Below the pieces are notes generated by a model. That model was not told where the DNA came from and ran no database searches. It worked only from the letters and a program-made list of their open reading frames with translations. From NCBI GenBank assembly GCA_965153285.1, contig OZ229116.1: a stretch of DNA of 64,000 bases. The stretch is one strand, 5' to 3'. Source of the stretch: Podarcis tiliguerta. Lineage: Eukaryota. The translations under genes and the position numbers were made by a program. The stretch's first letter is position 1. Every line of letters starts with the position of its first letter. Positions 48,850-61,753 of the stretch are shown here, piece after piece.

Positions 48850-49704
48850 CCCTAGAGAATCCTGTCTATGGGTGGGTGCTGTTACTGCAGATGACCTTGA
48901 TATGGTTCCAACTGTGTGAGAAAAATGAGGGTTCTGCTTGGGTGAAACTGTAAGAAAAACACTGGGGCCAAATACGATTGGTAGAATGTTTGGTATCTGG
49001 TGGGTGGGGCTTATGTGTTGGTTAAGGTTAGTTAAGGTTGAAAGGTTGGTTAAGGTTCAGGGACCAACTGTCTCTTCTTGTTTCTTGCCTCAGACTTGCC
49101 TCATGTTGTTGTATTTAATTTATCTCATTATGTTATTTTGCAATTTTCTTTTATTATTAAAGCTTAGTTTACATTTACGCGAGCCACTTACTTTTCTCAA
49201 AGAAAAAGAAACTCTGCTGAAAAATGATGGAATATTCTAAACCTGGGTGAGTGAGGGGATATTCCCAGTCTGCTGGGAAAATTGGTTTTGTTAATCATCC
49301 CCTCACCTCTACAACAGAAATTGCATAGCAGACTATCAAGGAAACCTCAATCCTCCTTAGCGGATATTCAAATTCCTCCTGGTATTTTCTTATGAAGAGA
49401 CTGGCAGCAATTAATTCAGAATTCGGTAACAATTCTCAATAAGATTAAAATCTAAAACCCACCCCATTCTCAGTGTAAGCCAAGCCAAATAGAAAGTGCT
49501 TCTTAGGCATGTTTCACCTCAGCTTTTTAAAATGTATTGAAGTTAGTATCTACGCACTGCCTGACTAACTACGGATTAAAACAAGATCATGGGGGGAAAT
49601 CCTTCAAAAAGTGTAAATATCTCATAAGAGGTGTGATGAGAGAGTCCAATTATACATACATACACCACTATTTACATATTCAAAGTTTTGCATCTCTGGG
49701 CTTA

Positions 49705-50069
49705 AAGGTAAAGGTAAAAGCACCCCTGACCATTAAGTCTAGTCGCGGACGACACTGGGGTTGCGGCACTCATCTCACTTTACAGGCCGAGGGAGCCGGC
49801 GTTTGTTCGCAGACAGCTTCTGGGTCATGTGGCCAGCACGACTAAGCTGCTTCTGGAGAACCAGAGCAGCGTACAGAAACACTATTTACCTTCCCGCCAG
49901 AGCGGTACCTATTTATCTACTTGCACTTTGACATGCTTTCGAACTGCTAGGTTGGCAGGAGCAGGGATCAAGCAACGGCAATTCACCCAGTCCCGGGGAT
50001 TCGAACTGCCAACCTTCTGATCGGCAAGCCCTAGGCTCTGTGGTTTAGACCACAGCGCCACCCATGCCC
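49705..50069 (-). mobile_element. Sauria SINE, full length
   Basis: Typical body and tail. 14-bp TSD CATCTCTGGGCTTA (49691-49704, 50070-50083). Confidence 0.95.
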
Positions 50070-50109
50070 CATCTCTGGGCTTACTCATAATATATTCATT
50101 TATTTCTGA

Positions 50110-50517
50110 AACCTCTTTGGGGGAGGAAAAAGCTAAAGAGTAAACACTACACAAATCTGGAGCAGAGTCCCTAAGATGGTTCGATGGCGTCTTGTACACC
50201 TCCTTCAGGCAACTCCTGCAGCCAAGCTGGTGCCAAACACATTGGTCTGCTTTCCTTTGGAGCACATCAGTGAGGTTGAGAGGGGGGTCTTGCCATCTGA
50301 CCAGTCCAAGACCTCCATACACACTGCCCAGGCTTGCGTCCTTGATAACTTACTTTGATGCTGCTAATGCAACAAAAACCATGTGGGAGGCAGCAGTTAT
50401 GAGTTACTGGTCTCTGAAGCCACAACAGGAGCTGTGAGTCTCCAGCGGTTTGACTTCGCCGCCAGAGGTGCACTCCCTTTTCCTTCAAGACAGATGGAGA
50501 GATGGATGCCAACAACT
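50110..50517 (+). mobile_element. Probable non-autonomous RTE-type retroelement
   Basis: GC-richer block ending GATGGATGCCAACAAC. Resembles recalled lizard RTE UTR sequence. Not verified. Confidence 0.4.
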
Positions 50518-51149
50518 CTTCATAAACCTACTATGGTGCCAAAGATGTTCTAATGTGGTTGGCTGCACCTGATAGATTTCTTGTTTTTGTTCTATTGGCC
50601 ATTCCAAACAACAGTCACAGACGCTCATGGCTACAAGTCTCATCTAAGAGCCAAGCTCCTTATTTGCTCAGTAAACTATGACAGTCTTTGTGAGGTTTCT
50701 TTTTTAAGAGAGAAGGATGAAACTTTTGTGCTTGATTTCATATTTCATTTAATTACTATCAACAGGGAGTTGAGAAGGAAACATTGGCAAATCATTCTGT
50801 CATTTTATTCTCACTATGAATTATTATACTGGGCCTATTATAAATAGTTCATCTTCCATCTGTGCCTTTTCTTTGTTAAAATGCTGCCAGTTTCAAAAAT
50901 GTGCCACACAAAATTGCAATTTAAAAATGTTTCTTTTCTCTGTTGGTGATTAGAACGAGTCATTTTCTTTGTCTACCAGGTTTCTGAGTTTAAAATAAAT
51001 AGAACAGAATCAATATAAAGGATGCTGCATTGAGTTTTGTAGATCACATTCCTGAAATGCTTGAAATTATGATGTTATATTAATGGACACCAGGAATCTA
51101 ACAGCATAGCAGTAGAAAAAAGCAGAAAAACTGAGCAATATGGGAAATT

Positions 51150-51243
51150 AAGGTTGTAATCCTATGCATACTTGCCTGGGAGTAAACCACACTGAACAGA
51201 GTAGACTTGCTTTCAAGTATACATGTATAAGATTACAGGGTAA
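51150..51243. mobile_element. Short palindromic MITE (related degraded copies near 9600-9695, 12590-12655 and 42898-42993)
   Basis: GTAATCCTATGCATACTTG...CAAGTATACATGTATAAGATTAC fold-back flanked by TAA. Confidence 0.55.
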
Positions 51244-52385
51244 ATGTTGGATTCTGTTGGAAGAGTTTAAAATATACTTACAGAATCCACATTAGGAAAA
51301 GCAGAAGAAAGCATGTGACCAGTTGTGACCTGTTTCAACCCACACTCATGTCTGGTCTTTTGTGTATACTTATCCTGGTCACAGGAGGTGATCTAATGTA
51401 CCTGCTTAGCTCTTATTTCTACTCTCTTCTTCCTGTTATTTAACCTTAATCTTCACTCACTTAATCTAATCTGTAAAACATGTCTCTCCTGTTTGAAAAA
51501 TTCAGGCTGAGCTGCAGAATTACTTGAGTCTCAGAATTATCTTCCTGGGACCTGCTGAAAGAATTGCTGTTTTCTTCCAACTGTTATTCTTTCTGCCAGA
51601 GCTATGCAATGGTGGCACAAGACTATATTTCATTTGGCTATGATCCAGCAAGGAAGCATCTGCAAAACGTCCCAGAGCAGATGTGCAGCTGAATAAAAAC
51701 TGATGCAAAAAAAAAAGGGGTTGTTTTTTTGAAAAAAATATCCAACTTTCAAATTAAAAACCCTACTCTCTGCCAAAGTTCTGATGTATAAATGGAATGC
51801 TTAATAGGCTGCAGTGGTATAATTAATTCATCATCATTAATAAAAGTACACTGCTTTCCTAACTCAGCTATTTGCCTGACTTCTGCAAAAGAGAGGGATG
51901 GCCGCCTTCAAAGGTCACACTCTGAAATGCATATGCCAGCTGATCATCCAGGGCAAGGACAAGGCTTTGTGGTTGCTGCTGATCAGCTGAGAAACCTCTT
52001 TCACCCAGCTTTTCTTTTAGCTATTGCCTCGTACAATGTCAGGTGTAGGGCAGATAGGCATGGCTTGGCCAAAATGGACTTTTGGACCAAATGAGAGGGC
52101 CTGATGGGCCTTATTAGGCCCACAGGTTGGCAGCCTCACAGCCATGGTATAGGACATCTCATTTGCTGGTCTAGAGATGGGATACTTTTAATTCCTAACA
52201 ATATACTTGTCCGGGCGCGGGGAGGCAATTCTCATTGCCTCCTATAGCCTCATATTCTGCTTGCTCTTGAGCACAGTTTAGTCTGGAAAGGGGTCTGATA
52301 TATGTATTTAAGATTCAATGTATTTTTCTTACACTGAAGATATGGTCAGGAATTTATGTTGCATTGGACTCAACAAATTGGCAAA

Positions 52386-52525
52386 GGACAGTAGCTCAGT
52401 TGGTAGAGCATCTGCTTTGCAAGCAGAAGGTCTCGGGGTTAATCTGTGGCATTTTCAGGTAGGACTGGTTACAGTTCCTGCCTGCAACCCTGCAGAGCCC
52501 CTACTGGTCATTGTAGATTGTCCAA
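52386..52525 (+). mobile_element. tRNA-Ala-type SINE (Squam2-like, tentative), 3'-truncated
   Basis: GTAGCTCAGTTGGTAGAGCATCTGCTTTGCAAGCAGAAGGTCTC...CAGGTAGGACTGG. Confidence 0.75.
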
Positions 52526-54466
52526 GACCACTTGCTGTGTTCCTGACCCATAGTTGTCTTGCATGAACAGAATGGCACTTCTGATTGCATAAGGTCCCCT
52601 CCCCTCCTGATTTTGCTGCTTTCCCCACTTCAACTGCAGCCCCTAGTATTGTATGTCAGGCCATTCCAGAGGACAACCAACCCTCAAGTGGGCAGAGCTG
52701 AACAGAAAAGTCCAGTTGCAAAAGTGGAATGCTCTGGATCTAGCTCTACGTCCTGCAAAAGAGAAGGATACAACAATCCGATGGACTCACTTTAGATTAG
52801 GGAATGCCAGGGATTGAACCAGGGATTTTTTTTTAACTGAACAATATCCCATAAATGCTTTAAATAGTACTGCTGGCCATTGATTACAGTGTAGTTTATT
52901 CAACATCCTATGCACTCCCCAGCATCAATCTAGAAAGCAAAATAATACTACTGCAAACCCAACATACAGCAACACCAACACTACCTTACAAGTCATTGCC
53001 TGATGATGTCCAGGTGTTATCTGTCCCTCAATCTATAGTAATGATGGAATGACTGTATGATATTATACAACCTAGTACAGACAGAAAATATAACATGGTG
53101 GCACTCTATCCAATGACAACTGTAGCACTCATTGCAAAGTTCAGCATATTCTAGGACTCCCATTGGACTGGGCTTTAAAAACTATTGTAGAACAGACACT
53201 GACAGCTATAAGCAAACACATAGGGGCCCATAGCACAACAGGACTGATGTTTCCCACTGTAACACTGTCAGCTCAATAGCTCAGCCAGGAGTCAGCTCTT
53301 ATAGGCACCCCTCAGGCATCCAGGATAAGCATTCAAGTTCTGTTAGGTCTTTCCCCATCTTACCTTGGAGATGCTATCAATAAGGCTCTAAATAACACAG
53401 TTCCATCATTGTCTGTGTGAAAGGATCAACACAGAGGAATGATGCCCCATTACTCTCACTCGTGCTCAGCTGGGCAGACCTCATATTAATGACTAACCTT
53501 TGTGTTTCCCTCCCATTTAAAGACTCATCCTAGGTAATGGTTTCTGACTTAAGTTCCACTTCTCCCCGGCCACCTCACCTCCAGTGCCATCCACTTTGTG
53601 CTGGCCTGTATTCCCAATTCTGGCATTGTCAGGGTACATTGGTGCAAGTAAGGAGATATAGTAGCTCTCTGTCTTTGATCCAACTGATATAGGTCATGGG
53701 GATATGGTTGTACTTGACTAAGATTGCTACGAATAGATGGAAGCTCATTGTTTTTTCCTGCTTTTCAGGTGGAGCGTACAAATCAGTTTACATAAAATGA
53801 TTGCAACAAAAATTGCAAATAAACATTATACATCAAAACTTAAAAGGAAAGTTTGTCTTGAAGAAGCTGGACCTGCATCTTCTCTGTTCTTCTCAGGGAG
53901 AAGAACTGGGAGATGGAGAGGGGGGCTGCATGGTGACTCGGAGTAGAACTGAATACTTCTAAAAGTGTTATTCACATTCCTTATTTTCTATGGTGTAATC
54001 AAGTACTTCTTGCAATGATTTTTTCATAGATGATGATGCTCTATTACAAACACAGAACTGTAACTGCCTAAATAAGGCTTTTAAAGGATGAAGTCAGGGT
54101 AAAAGTATTACACTTCCATGAATTTAAATGTAGCCTATATTTCATTTGTCTTGCTATTGATCAGCTGAAACCACTAACTGTTTTCCTTTCACACTGAGAA
54201 GAAAAATGATAAATGATTAATAAAATGATGGCATCCATAGGAAATTATTTTTCCATGGAGCATTTTCACTTCATAACAAAGGCTTCAAAGAAAAGGCAAC
54301 ATGCTTCACAGAACAGAAACTAACTGGCTGCTAGCATAAGATTCTATCTCTCCATAAAATATTTTCAAAGTGTTCATTCAGCATGAAAACTTTTCCATCT
54401 AGTACATTCTATCAAACTTACTTTACTGAAAAAGTATGATTTTCTAAATGTTTGTACTGTTATATC

Positions 54467-54608
54467 CAGTGCTTTTTTTCTTTAAAAAAATGTTTAGGAG
54501 TACTCTCATTTTCCTACTCATATTGAAATACTGCCCCTCAATGAGGCTAGATTCACAAAATGTTTTGGGGTATGTGTACCCCTGCGTACCCCCAGAAAAA
54601 AAGCACTG
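54467..54608. mobile_element. hAT-type MITE
   Basis: Perfect 15-bp TIR CAGTGCTTTTTTTCT / AGAAAAAAAGCACTG. Perfect 8-bp TSD GTTATATC. Confidence 0.92.
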
Positions 54609-54651
54609 GTTATATCAACCTGTAAATCAATCCTCACACCATGACCCATAA

Positions 54652-55375
54652 TGTTATACTAAATTGGATTCTCCTCAGAGAGGGTCCTGGTTGCACGTGG
54701 GCCTCAGGACACCCCCAGCATATTGGCAGGTCCAAGGGGTGGAGATAGGCTTGCATAAAATTTAAACGGCAGCGCGACATAGCCCACGGCACTTGCTTCG
54801 CACTACCGAATACCTGCCCTTCCGCTCTAATTTTAAGTTGTACTCCTTTGGCCTTGCTTCGGTTTGGGTCACCTGCTTTGGAGCAGGGGCTGGGTAGGAT
54901 TTTTTTTCATTTGGCTGATTGGCTGCAGCCACTTGGTTTTCACCTACCCTCTTAGCAATCATCACAACTTTGTAAGGTTTGGCGGTTAGGCATTGACTTA
55001 ATGAAGTGTGTGGGAGGGGAGGTGTGGCAATTACCTGCCCCTCCAGAAATAGGGTATTCCACTAAAGGAATCTGGGGGTCCTAGATCTCGTCTGAAGTCC
55101 GCTTGGGGGGGCTAGGGCCATGCCAGGACCACAAGAACCCCAGGGTGAGCTTCGGTTGATCTTCATTGATGTTGCTCCCTCGTTTGGTGTTTACCCTTTC
55201 AGACAACCAGCCAGAGAGACACAAGTCAGTTATAGTCGTTGCCAATGCCTAAGCCAATACCACTCACTGTTGCTGTATTCAATAAAGTTGTGGCCAAAAT
55301 TATGCCCAATAACTTATGTGTCAGTGTCAAGTTATTTACTTGGGGGTGGCTCAGGGCCTCGAGGCGCAATACAAA
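54652..55375 (+). mobile_element. LTR-like or DIRS/Ngaro-like terminal repeat fragment
   Basis: GC- and CpG-elevated block with AATAAAGTTGTGGCC near its end. No TSD found; classification tentative. Confidence 0.4.
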
Positions 55376-57163
55376 AGCTGGTATGCCCCATCTTTATTTG
55401 CTGCAAATCTTAGAATCTGAGTTATTACCACTACCCAAATTGGTTGGTTGATTTAAATATTTCTATACCACTGTATTATAAAAATATACCACAGTGGTTT
55501 ACAACAATATAAAAGCATAAAACATACAGTAAAATAATAAAAAAGATTAAAGCAAAGATTTTAAAGCAAACACAAGTAGACCATTGTGGGTGATGTACTC
55601 CTGATAGTCTGCAAAAGTTTTCAGCAGGCATTTAACAGTTGCCACAAAAGGCCCCCACTGGGTGAGTTCACAGGGATAGATTCAGATGGATGATCAGGTT
55701 GTCACTGAAATGGTGAAACAACAAAGTTGTAACAGTGAGGGTGAATGTCTCAATGACATCTCACAGCAGTTCACCATGTCCACACTCAGTCCACATGTCA
55801 GAGCTGGGTTGGTCTGCATTTCAGGCCTTTATCATAGAAGGTTGGATGAACGATGTGATCAGTCGCACTGTATGTTATGGTGGTGGCATGTAAAATTCAT
55901 CACACTGCACCCATTTCTGGCTGTTGTAACAAATTAAAATCAGCCTTTGGGACAGCCATGAAAGGAATTTCAGGAAATGAATAACTGTAATCTTATTACT
56001 GTCACCCCTTAGTGTATCAACTGTTTATCTCAGTATACCCAAAGTATTATGCCAAAAATGCAGTCAGCTCTTCAAAGGACGAATTTAATCTTAATATATT
56101 ATTAGCATAACTCAACCATTCAAAAATGTTCCTACAAATTCACAGACCTCTTGAATTGTTTCTAAGCTGACTAAGGTGCAGACCCCACAATAAACTCCAT
56201 GAATCAATCCATCAGGGTCTAAATTATGACCACTCTTCTTACAGAATTTCCTTTGACCGATCCTTCTATCCCTAATGGCAAATATTGATCAAATGTTTGA
56301 TAAACCAATAAGCAGCTGGATATGTCAAAGTCACCCATGCACTTCTTAACATGGAAGTAGGTTGATGTAGGTACTGGTCCATGTCTTCTCCAAAACTCCT
56401 GAGTAAGCCCCAGATTTGATTGCACATAGGATCTCCTATATCTGGTCTGCTATCTGCCTAGTGAAGTTGCCCCTGTGTCAACACAGCCTCTTGTGTCTGC
56501 CCTAGTGTGAGACCTTGATTAAAACCTACCCTGGCAATGGCTCTCCCCCTGCCAAAATTAAAATTGCCAAAATGTTTTCAGTCACCCCTTGTAGCTGCAA
56601 GGGTATCCCAATTAGTTACTAAATAAAATACATCTCCCATTCTCATTCAAATTTCACATAACCATGCATCCTCACGGTCTTCTGATACCACTGGCTTTCT
56701 TTCTCCCCTAATCACCAGTAAAGAATCTCAAGCCAAGCTTAGCATCTTGGATGTGGTCTTGAGGCATGTGGCATTGAGCCTTGTTTTCACTTTATTAGTC
56801 CTTGGTTAATCTTAAATCCATACAGTGAGAATGGAACATGATGCCAAATAAATGCATTAGCATTAGAGTCCATGCAATGAGAGTTAGCAACAATCCGGCT
56901 ATAGTCCAGTTAAAGCATTCAAAATAGCACATAGGGGCTTAAACTGGGAAGAAGGAGTAGACTAGGCACACTGCTCCATACATGACCTTCCCCCAACATC
57001 TGAAAGGAGCCTGTAAATGTGTTCAGCTAAATGCACTTACAAGTTTCCAGATGATCACAAGCCCCAACAATGTAGGGTTGCTCATCCCCAGAGGCTTGTA
57101 AGCGCATTTGCTCAAATATGCTTACAATACCTCCTTCAGATCTTTGTGCTCAGTATGTGAAGG

Positions 57164-57296
57164 TCATAGAATCACAGAGTTAGAAGGGACCCTGTGGATC
57201 ATTTAGTCCAACCCCCGGCAACACAGGAATATGTACCCATAAGGGGATCAAACCTGTGACCTGGACGTTATCAGCCCCATGCTCTAACCAACTGAG
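57164..57296 (-). mobile_element. SINE with tRNA-Ile-derived head and CR1-derived tail
   Basis: Minus strand CTCAGTTGGTTAGAGCATGGGGCTGATAACGTCCAGGTCACAGGTTTGATCCCC is tRNA-Ile-like. It is followed by ATTCCTGTGTTGCCGGGGGTTGGACTAAATGATCCACAGGGTCCCTTCTAACTCTGTGATTCTATGA. Confidence 0.85.
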
Positions 57297-57502
57297 GTCT
57301 GAGAGAAGATCAATATATTTGCATGTTTTTGTCCTTCACAAGTTCAGGTAAATGCCTAAAGAGAGTTAGAACACATTCTGCAAAGAGAAATTAAAACATG
57401 TAACTTCTGAATGTCAGAGAAATAACAAAAATCCTAGAAATGCATAATCTCCATGTAATCAAACACACCATTTACCTGTGATCAGACGCACACTCTTTAA
57501 AG

Positions 57503-57640
57503 CAGAAATGGGCAACTCATTTTCCTCCAGATGTTACTGGACTCTAATTCCCATCAGCCCCTGCCAGCATGGCCAATTTTCAGGGATTACGGGAGTTCTA
57601 GTTCCACAACATCTGGAGGGCCAGAGGTTTCCCATCACTG
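57503..57640. mobile_element. Palindromic hAT-type MITE
   Basis: CCTCCAGATGTTACTGGACT...CAACATCTGGAGGGCCAGAGGTTTCCCATCACTG. Confidence 0.75.
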
Positions 57641-58053
57641 CTTGAAAACAAATGGTTTTTTTACTCCCTGTGCAGTTCTTTTTTAGCTTTTCTTGCCGTA
57701 CATTTACAATACAAATCATTTTTATTTTCAGCACACTGAACAGATTTAAAGACAACAGTTCAAAAATTACAGTTCTGCCTTATTTATACACAACATTAGA
57801 TTCCTCTGCTCCTTTTAAAACACCTTGCAGTGATTTACAGGAGTAACCTGAGACAGCAAACAGATAAAGGAAAGACCAGTGACAGATACATCACACTAAA
57901 AATGTAGGTTGCTGTGCTTTGAGTAATTCATGTTAATGGAGGCTTACAGCACAGATTTCAGGGAGTGAAGGATGATTATAGCTAGTTTCGAAGTTTTGTT
58001 TTATTTACGTTGCCCAAAATTCAGAGCAAATTTCTGCCTGGATTGTTGTAGGT

Positions 58054-58187
58054 CAGGCATGGGGAACCTTTGGCCCTCCTGATATAGCTGTAGATGTTGC
58101 TACAACTCCCATCAACCCCTGCAAGCATGGCCAATGACTGGGGTTGTTGTTCAGCCACATCTAGAGGGCTATGGGTTCCCATACTTG
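58054..58187. mobile_element. Palindromic hAT-type MITE
   Basis: CAGGCATGGGGAACC...GGGTTCCCATACTTG arms with an imperfect 8-bp TSD TTGTAGGT / TTGTGGAT. Confidence 0.7.
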
Positions 58188-58481
58188 TTGTGGATAGACA
58201 TTGGTTGCCTGCATGAGAATCAGTGAAGTATGCTTAAACAAAGCAGAGATTTTGGAATTAAATATCAATATGAAATGAAGTCAATATAGAATAAATGTTA
58301 AGGTGTTTATTTTAATGTTTAGATTCTGTGCTAAATCACGGCACGGATAAGATGGGGCTGTTGGTGGACTCCACTAGAGAAGAACTAAAACCTTTGGGAG
58401 CAAAGCAATGTTTTATTTAAATGCTGGTAATAAATTTCAAAAGAATTAGAGATGGCTATGATGTCAAGAAGATTCAACATA

Positions 58482-58705
58482 CAGTGGTACCTCAGTTTAC
58501 AAACTTCCAGAAGTCTGTTATTAAACCAAAACCGTTCTTAAACCGAGGCGTGCTTTCCCTAATGAGGCCTCCTGCCGCTGGTGCCCTTCCAGCATTCAGC
58601 TTCTGTTCTTAGACCAAGGTAAACTGGGACACTACTTCCAGTGTTGTGGAGGTTGTAAACCGAAAAGTTTGTAAACAGGGCTGTTCTTAAACCAAGGTAC
58701 CACTG
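58482..58705. mobile_element. Tc1/mariner (Tigger-like) MITE, divergent subfamily
   Basis: Same CAGTGGTACCT TIR and TA flanks, with a different core. Confidence 0.85.
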
Positions 58706-59046
58706 TATTCTTGAAAGATCTCTGTGGACTGAAGCCATTGGGTCATGAATTCTTGCATCAGGCTAGTCTGTTAGATTCATTACTAGCCAGATGTGCAACA
58801 GTTTCATTGAAAAGGAAAGTCTATACATGTCACTTATCTAGTAATAAACCACCATATTATTTGATTGTCTGAATGCATCCCATTTCTATGTGGATCTTTC
58901 TGACATGAACAAGAAATATAGTGGCTGCTTGCGGCACATGAAACTTCAAAGTGCTCATGGAAAATAGTTTTTCATTCAATATTAGAATGGTTCAGATGCC
59001 ACTTCTTCAGTTACTTGGTCTATATGAGATTCTTCTGCTGTGTATA

Positions 59047-59272
59047 CAGTGGTACCTCGGGTTACAGATGCTTCAGGTTACAGGCTCCGCTAACCCAGAA
59101 ATAGTACCCCAGGTTAAGAACTTTGCTTCAGGATGAGAACAGAAATCGTGTGGCAGTGGCGTGGTGGCAGTGGGAGGCCCCATTAGCTAAAGTGGTACTT
59201 CAGGTTAAGAACAGTTTCAGGTTAAGAACGGACCTCCAGAACGAATTAAGTTCTTAACCCAAGGTACCACTG
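59047..59272. mobile_element. Tc1/mariner (Tigger-like) MITE
   Basis: CAGTGGTACCTCGGGTTA...TAACCCAAGGTACCACTG. Confidence 0.92.
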
Positions 59273-61083
59273 CACTAGGAAATTTGCTAAACATGTATTT
59301 TTATATAACCATACAAGATTAAACACTTTGGAACTTTTTATCATTTACCATGATAATCAAGCTAGGTTCATTGGATGAGTCACCACTTGCCTATAAATTT
59401 CTCCTAGATACCTGATGTATAACACTTCAGCACAATCGATGCACTACATTTAAAACGGGAGGCACACCATTCTAAACCACTCTTCAATTTATTGTTTCTT
59501 CTTTCAGGTTCATAGCAATAACCCTAGTTGTAGCAAATTCTTCTAGGAGTCCCATGACTGGTGGTTAGTTTATTATGTAATTACACACAATACTATATGG
59601 CAACAGCAAGGATTTCCTGGAAATATCAAGTATATTTGAAGCAACGCAAGTGTGCAGGAATCAATGTAACCCTCTTAAACCTGCCTAACAGTTTCTGAGG
59701 GCTGCTCAGTCAATGAAGCTGGAAGTTTATTTGAAGTGAAATGAAAGGCAGCAGCATTTTTGCTTCATCACAAATCAGTATTTATATGGAATGCCTCCCC
59801 CTTTGATTTCTACAGTAATTGTTAGGGCTGTCACCCAGTTGAAGAAAGGTTTGTGTTAGATTTATATTGCACATTTCACACAAGGCAGGATTTCTTTTCC
59901 AAGATGATTTCTTCCACCTACCATTTTTTGTACTTACATCATAAATAATGGGAAACGTATATGCTTCCCAATGAACCACAGATATATTTACAAAGTATAA
60001 AAATATTTTAATTAATTAGTCTAAACTGGCTAATTGACTAAGGGGGCAATCCTATGGCAAGATCCACCAGGATGAGCAGCTTAGGGTGTGGTGAATCTCC
60101 ACCTCAGCCAGCTGATTCCTGACTCGGTGGAAAATATACAGACACACACACACACACACATTTCTCTCACAGACAAAAATTAAATTACTAAAATGCTGCA
60201 ACAAGTGAGTAGTAGGTAATACGGAGTTGTAGGACTAGACTCTAGCCACCAGAGGCCTGAATATTTTATAACTGCTTCTGAAATATTACTCCACTTCTCC
60301 AGGGGATACATTTTAATCTGTTTTTAAATCCTGCCTGTAAAATAACACATCTCCCCTAGACATGCTATTGCTGAACTGCTAATAGAAGCATCAATAACTG
60401 ATCAGTCTGCTTACATTTTTTGATACATTTATCGCTGAAAATTTTATGAGGTTTTTCAGAAGCTGTAAGTTTTAAAAGAGGTGAAGATTAATGGATTTGA
60501 CCAGACTCATATTGATTTCCTTGTCATATAAGTGGCCTTAAATGTAGAAACATTGTTGTGGAATCACCAGCTTCTAAATAAAGTAATTAGTGCTGATTTC
60601 TGTATTACTTTGGAAAGAAAAGATATCGTGCAAAAATATTTTTAGATCATTTTCATTTCACATCTTTTTGGTGCATCGTGTTTTGGGAGAATGCTGCTCC
60701 CCAACCTGCCATAGAAGGGATGGGGCATGAAGAGGATGCTCAGTCAGGCTCTGGCAGAGGCAGGGTGTCTGTGACAGTTTAAGGTGGCCACGCCTCTCAG
60801 AGGCTGAGATTCCTGCTTCCAAGTCACACCCTGCTCACCCATGTGATTTAAGGCAGTATAGACTTGTTCTACAATGGGGCTAATCCCATCCTAAATTAGC
60901 TCCAGAAAGGGATTTTTCTGATTTATAAAGTTGGTGCATCAATCTACCACTGGTTTTATTTGACTTAAGTATTATTTTCCTGAATATATGTAGGTCAGAA
61001 CTGCTTGCTTCATTTTAGGAATTTTTGACTCATCCACCTTGTTGGTGGTTTTTTCACAATAGCTGGGTGGTAAATGATCTAAA

Positions 61084-61387
61084 CCTATCCATTCTTAAGG
61101 AAATCAGCCCTGAGTGCTCACTGGAAGGACAGATCGTGAAGCTGAGGCTCCAATACTTTGGCCACCTCATGAGAAGAGAAGACTCCCTGGAAAATACCCT
61201 GATTCTGGGAAAGAGGGCACAAGGAGAAGGGGACGACAGAGGACAAGATGGTTGGATAGTGTTCTTGAAGCTACCAGCATGAGTTTGACCAAACTGCGGG
61301 AGGCAGTGGAAGACAGGAGTGCCTGGCGTGCTCTGGTCCATGGGGTCACGAAGAGTCGGACATGATTAAACAACTAAACAACAACAA
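61084..61387 (+). mobile_element. Bov-B LINE 3' fragment
   Basis: Encodes LSILKEISPECSLEGQIVKLRLQYFGHLMRREDSLENTLILGK (Bov-B ORF C-terminus). (CAA)n tail. Confidence 0.93.
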
Positions 61388-61397
61388 AAATGATCTA

Positions 61398-61753
61398 AAG
61401 GTAAAGGTAAAGGGACCCCTGACCATTAGGTCCAGTCATGGCCAACTCTGGTGTTGCGGCGCTCATCTCGCTTTATTGGCCGAGGGAGCCGGCGTACAGC
61501 TTCCAGGTCATGTGGCCAGCATGACTAAGCTGCTTCTGGCAAACCAGAGCAGCGCACAGAAACGCCGTTTACCTTCCCACCGGAGCGGTACCTATTTATC
61601 TATTTACACTTTGATGTGCTTTTGAACTGCTAGGTTGGCAGGAGCAGGGGCTGAGCAATGGGAGCTCACCACGTCACAGATATTCGCACCGCCGACCTTC
61701 TGATTGGCAAGTCCTAGGCTCTGTGGTTTAACCCACAGTGCCACCCACGTCCC
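61398..61753 (-). mobile_element. Sauria SINE, full length
   Basis: AAAGGT tail at left, tRNA head at right. Confidence 0.95.

Noticed and set aside
51168-51185. U1 snRNA-like start ATACTTGCCTGG
   Set aside because: Similarity stops after about 12 nt, and it is part of a palindromic MITE.
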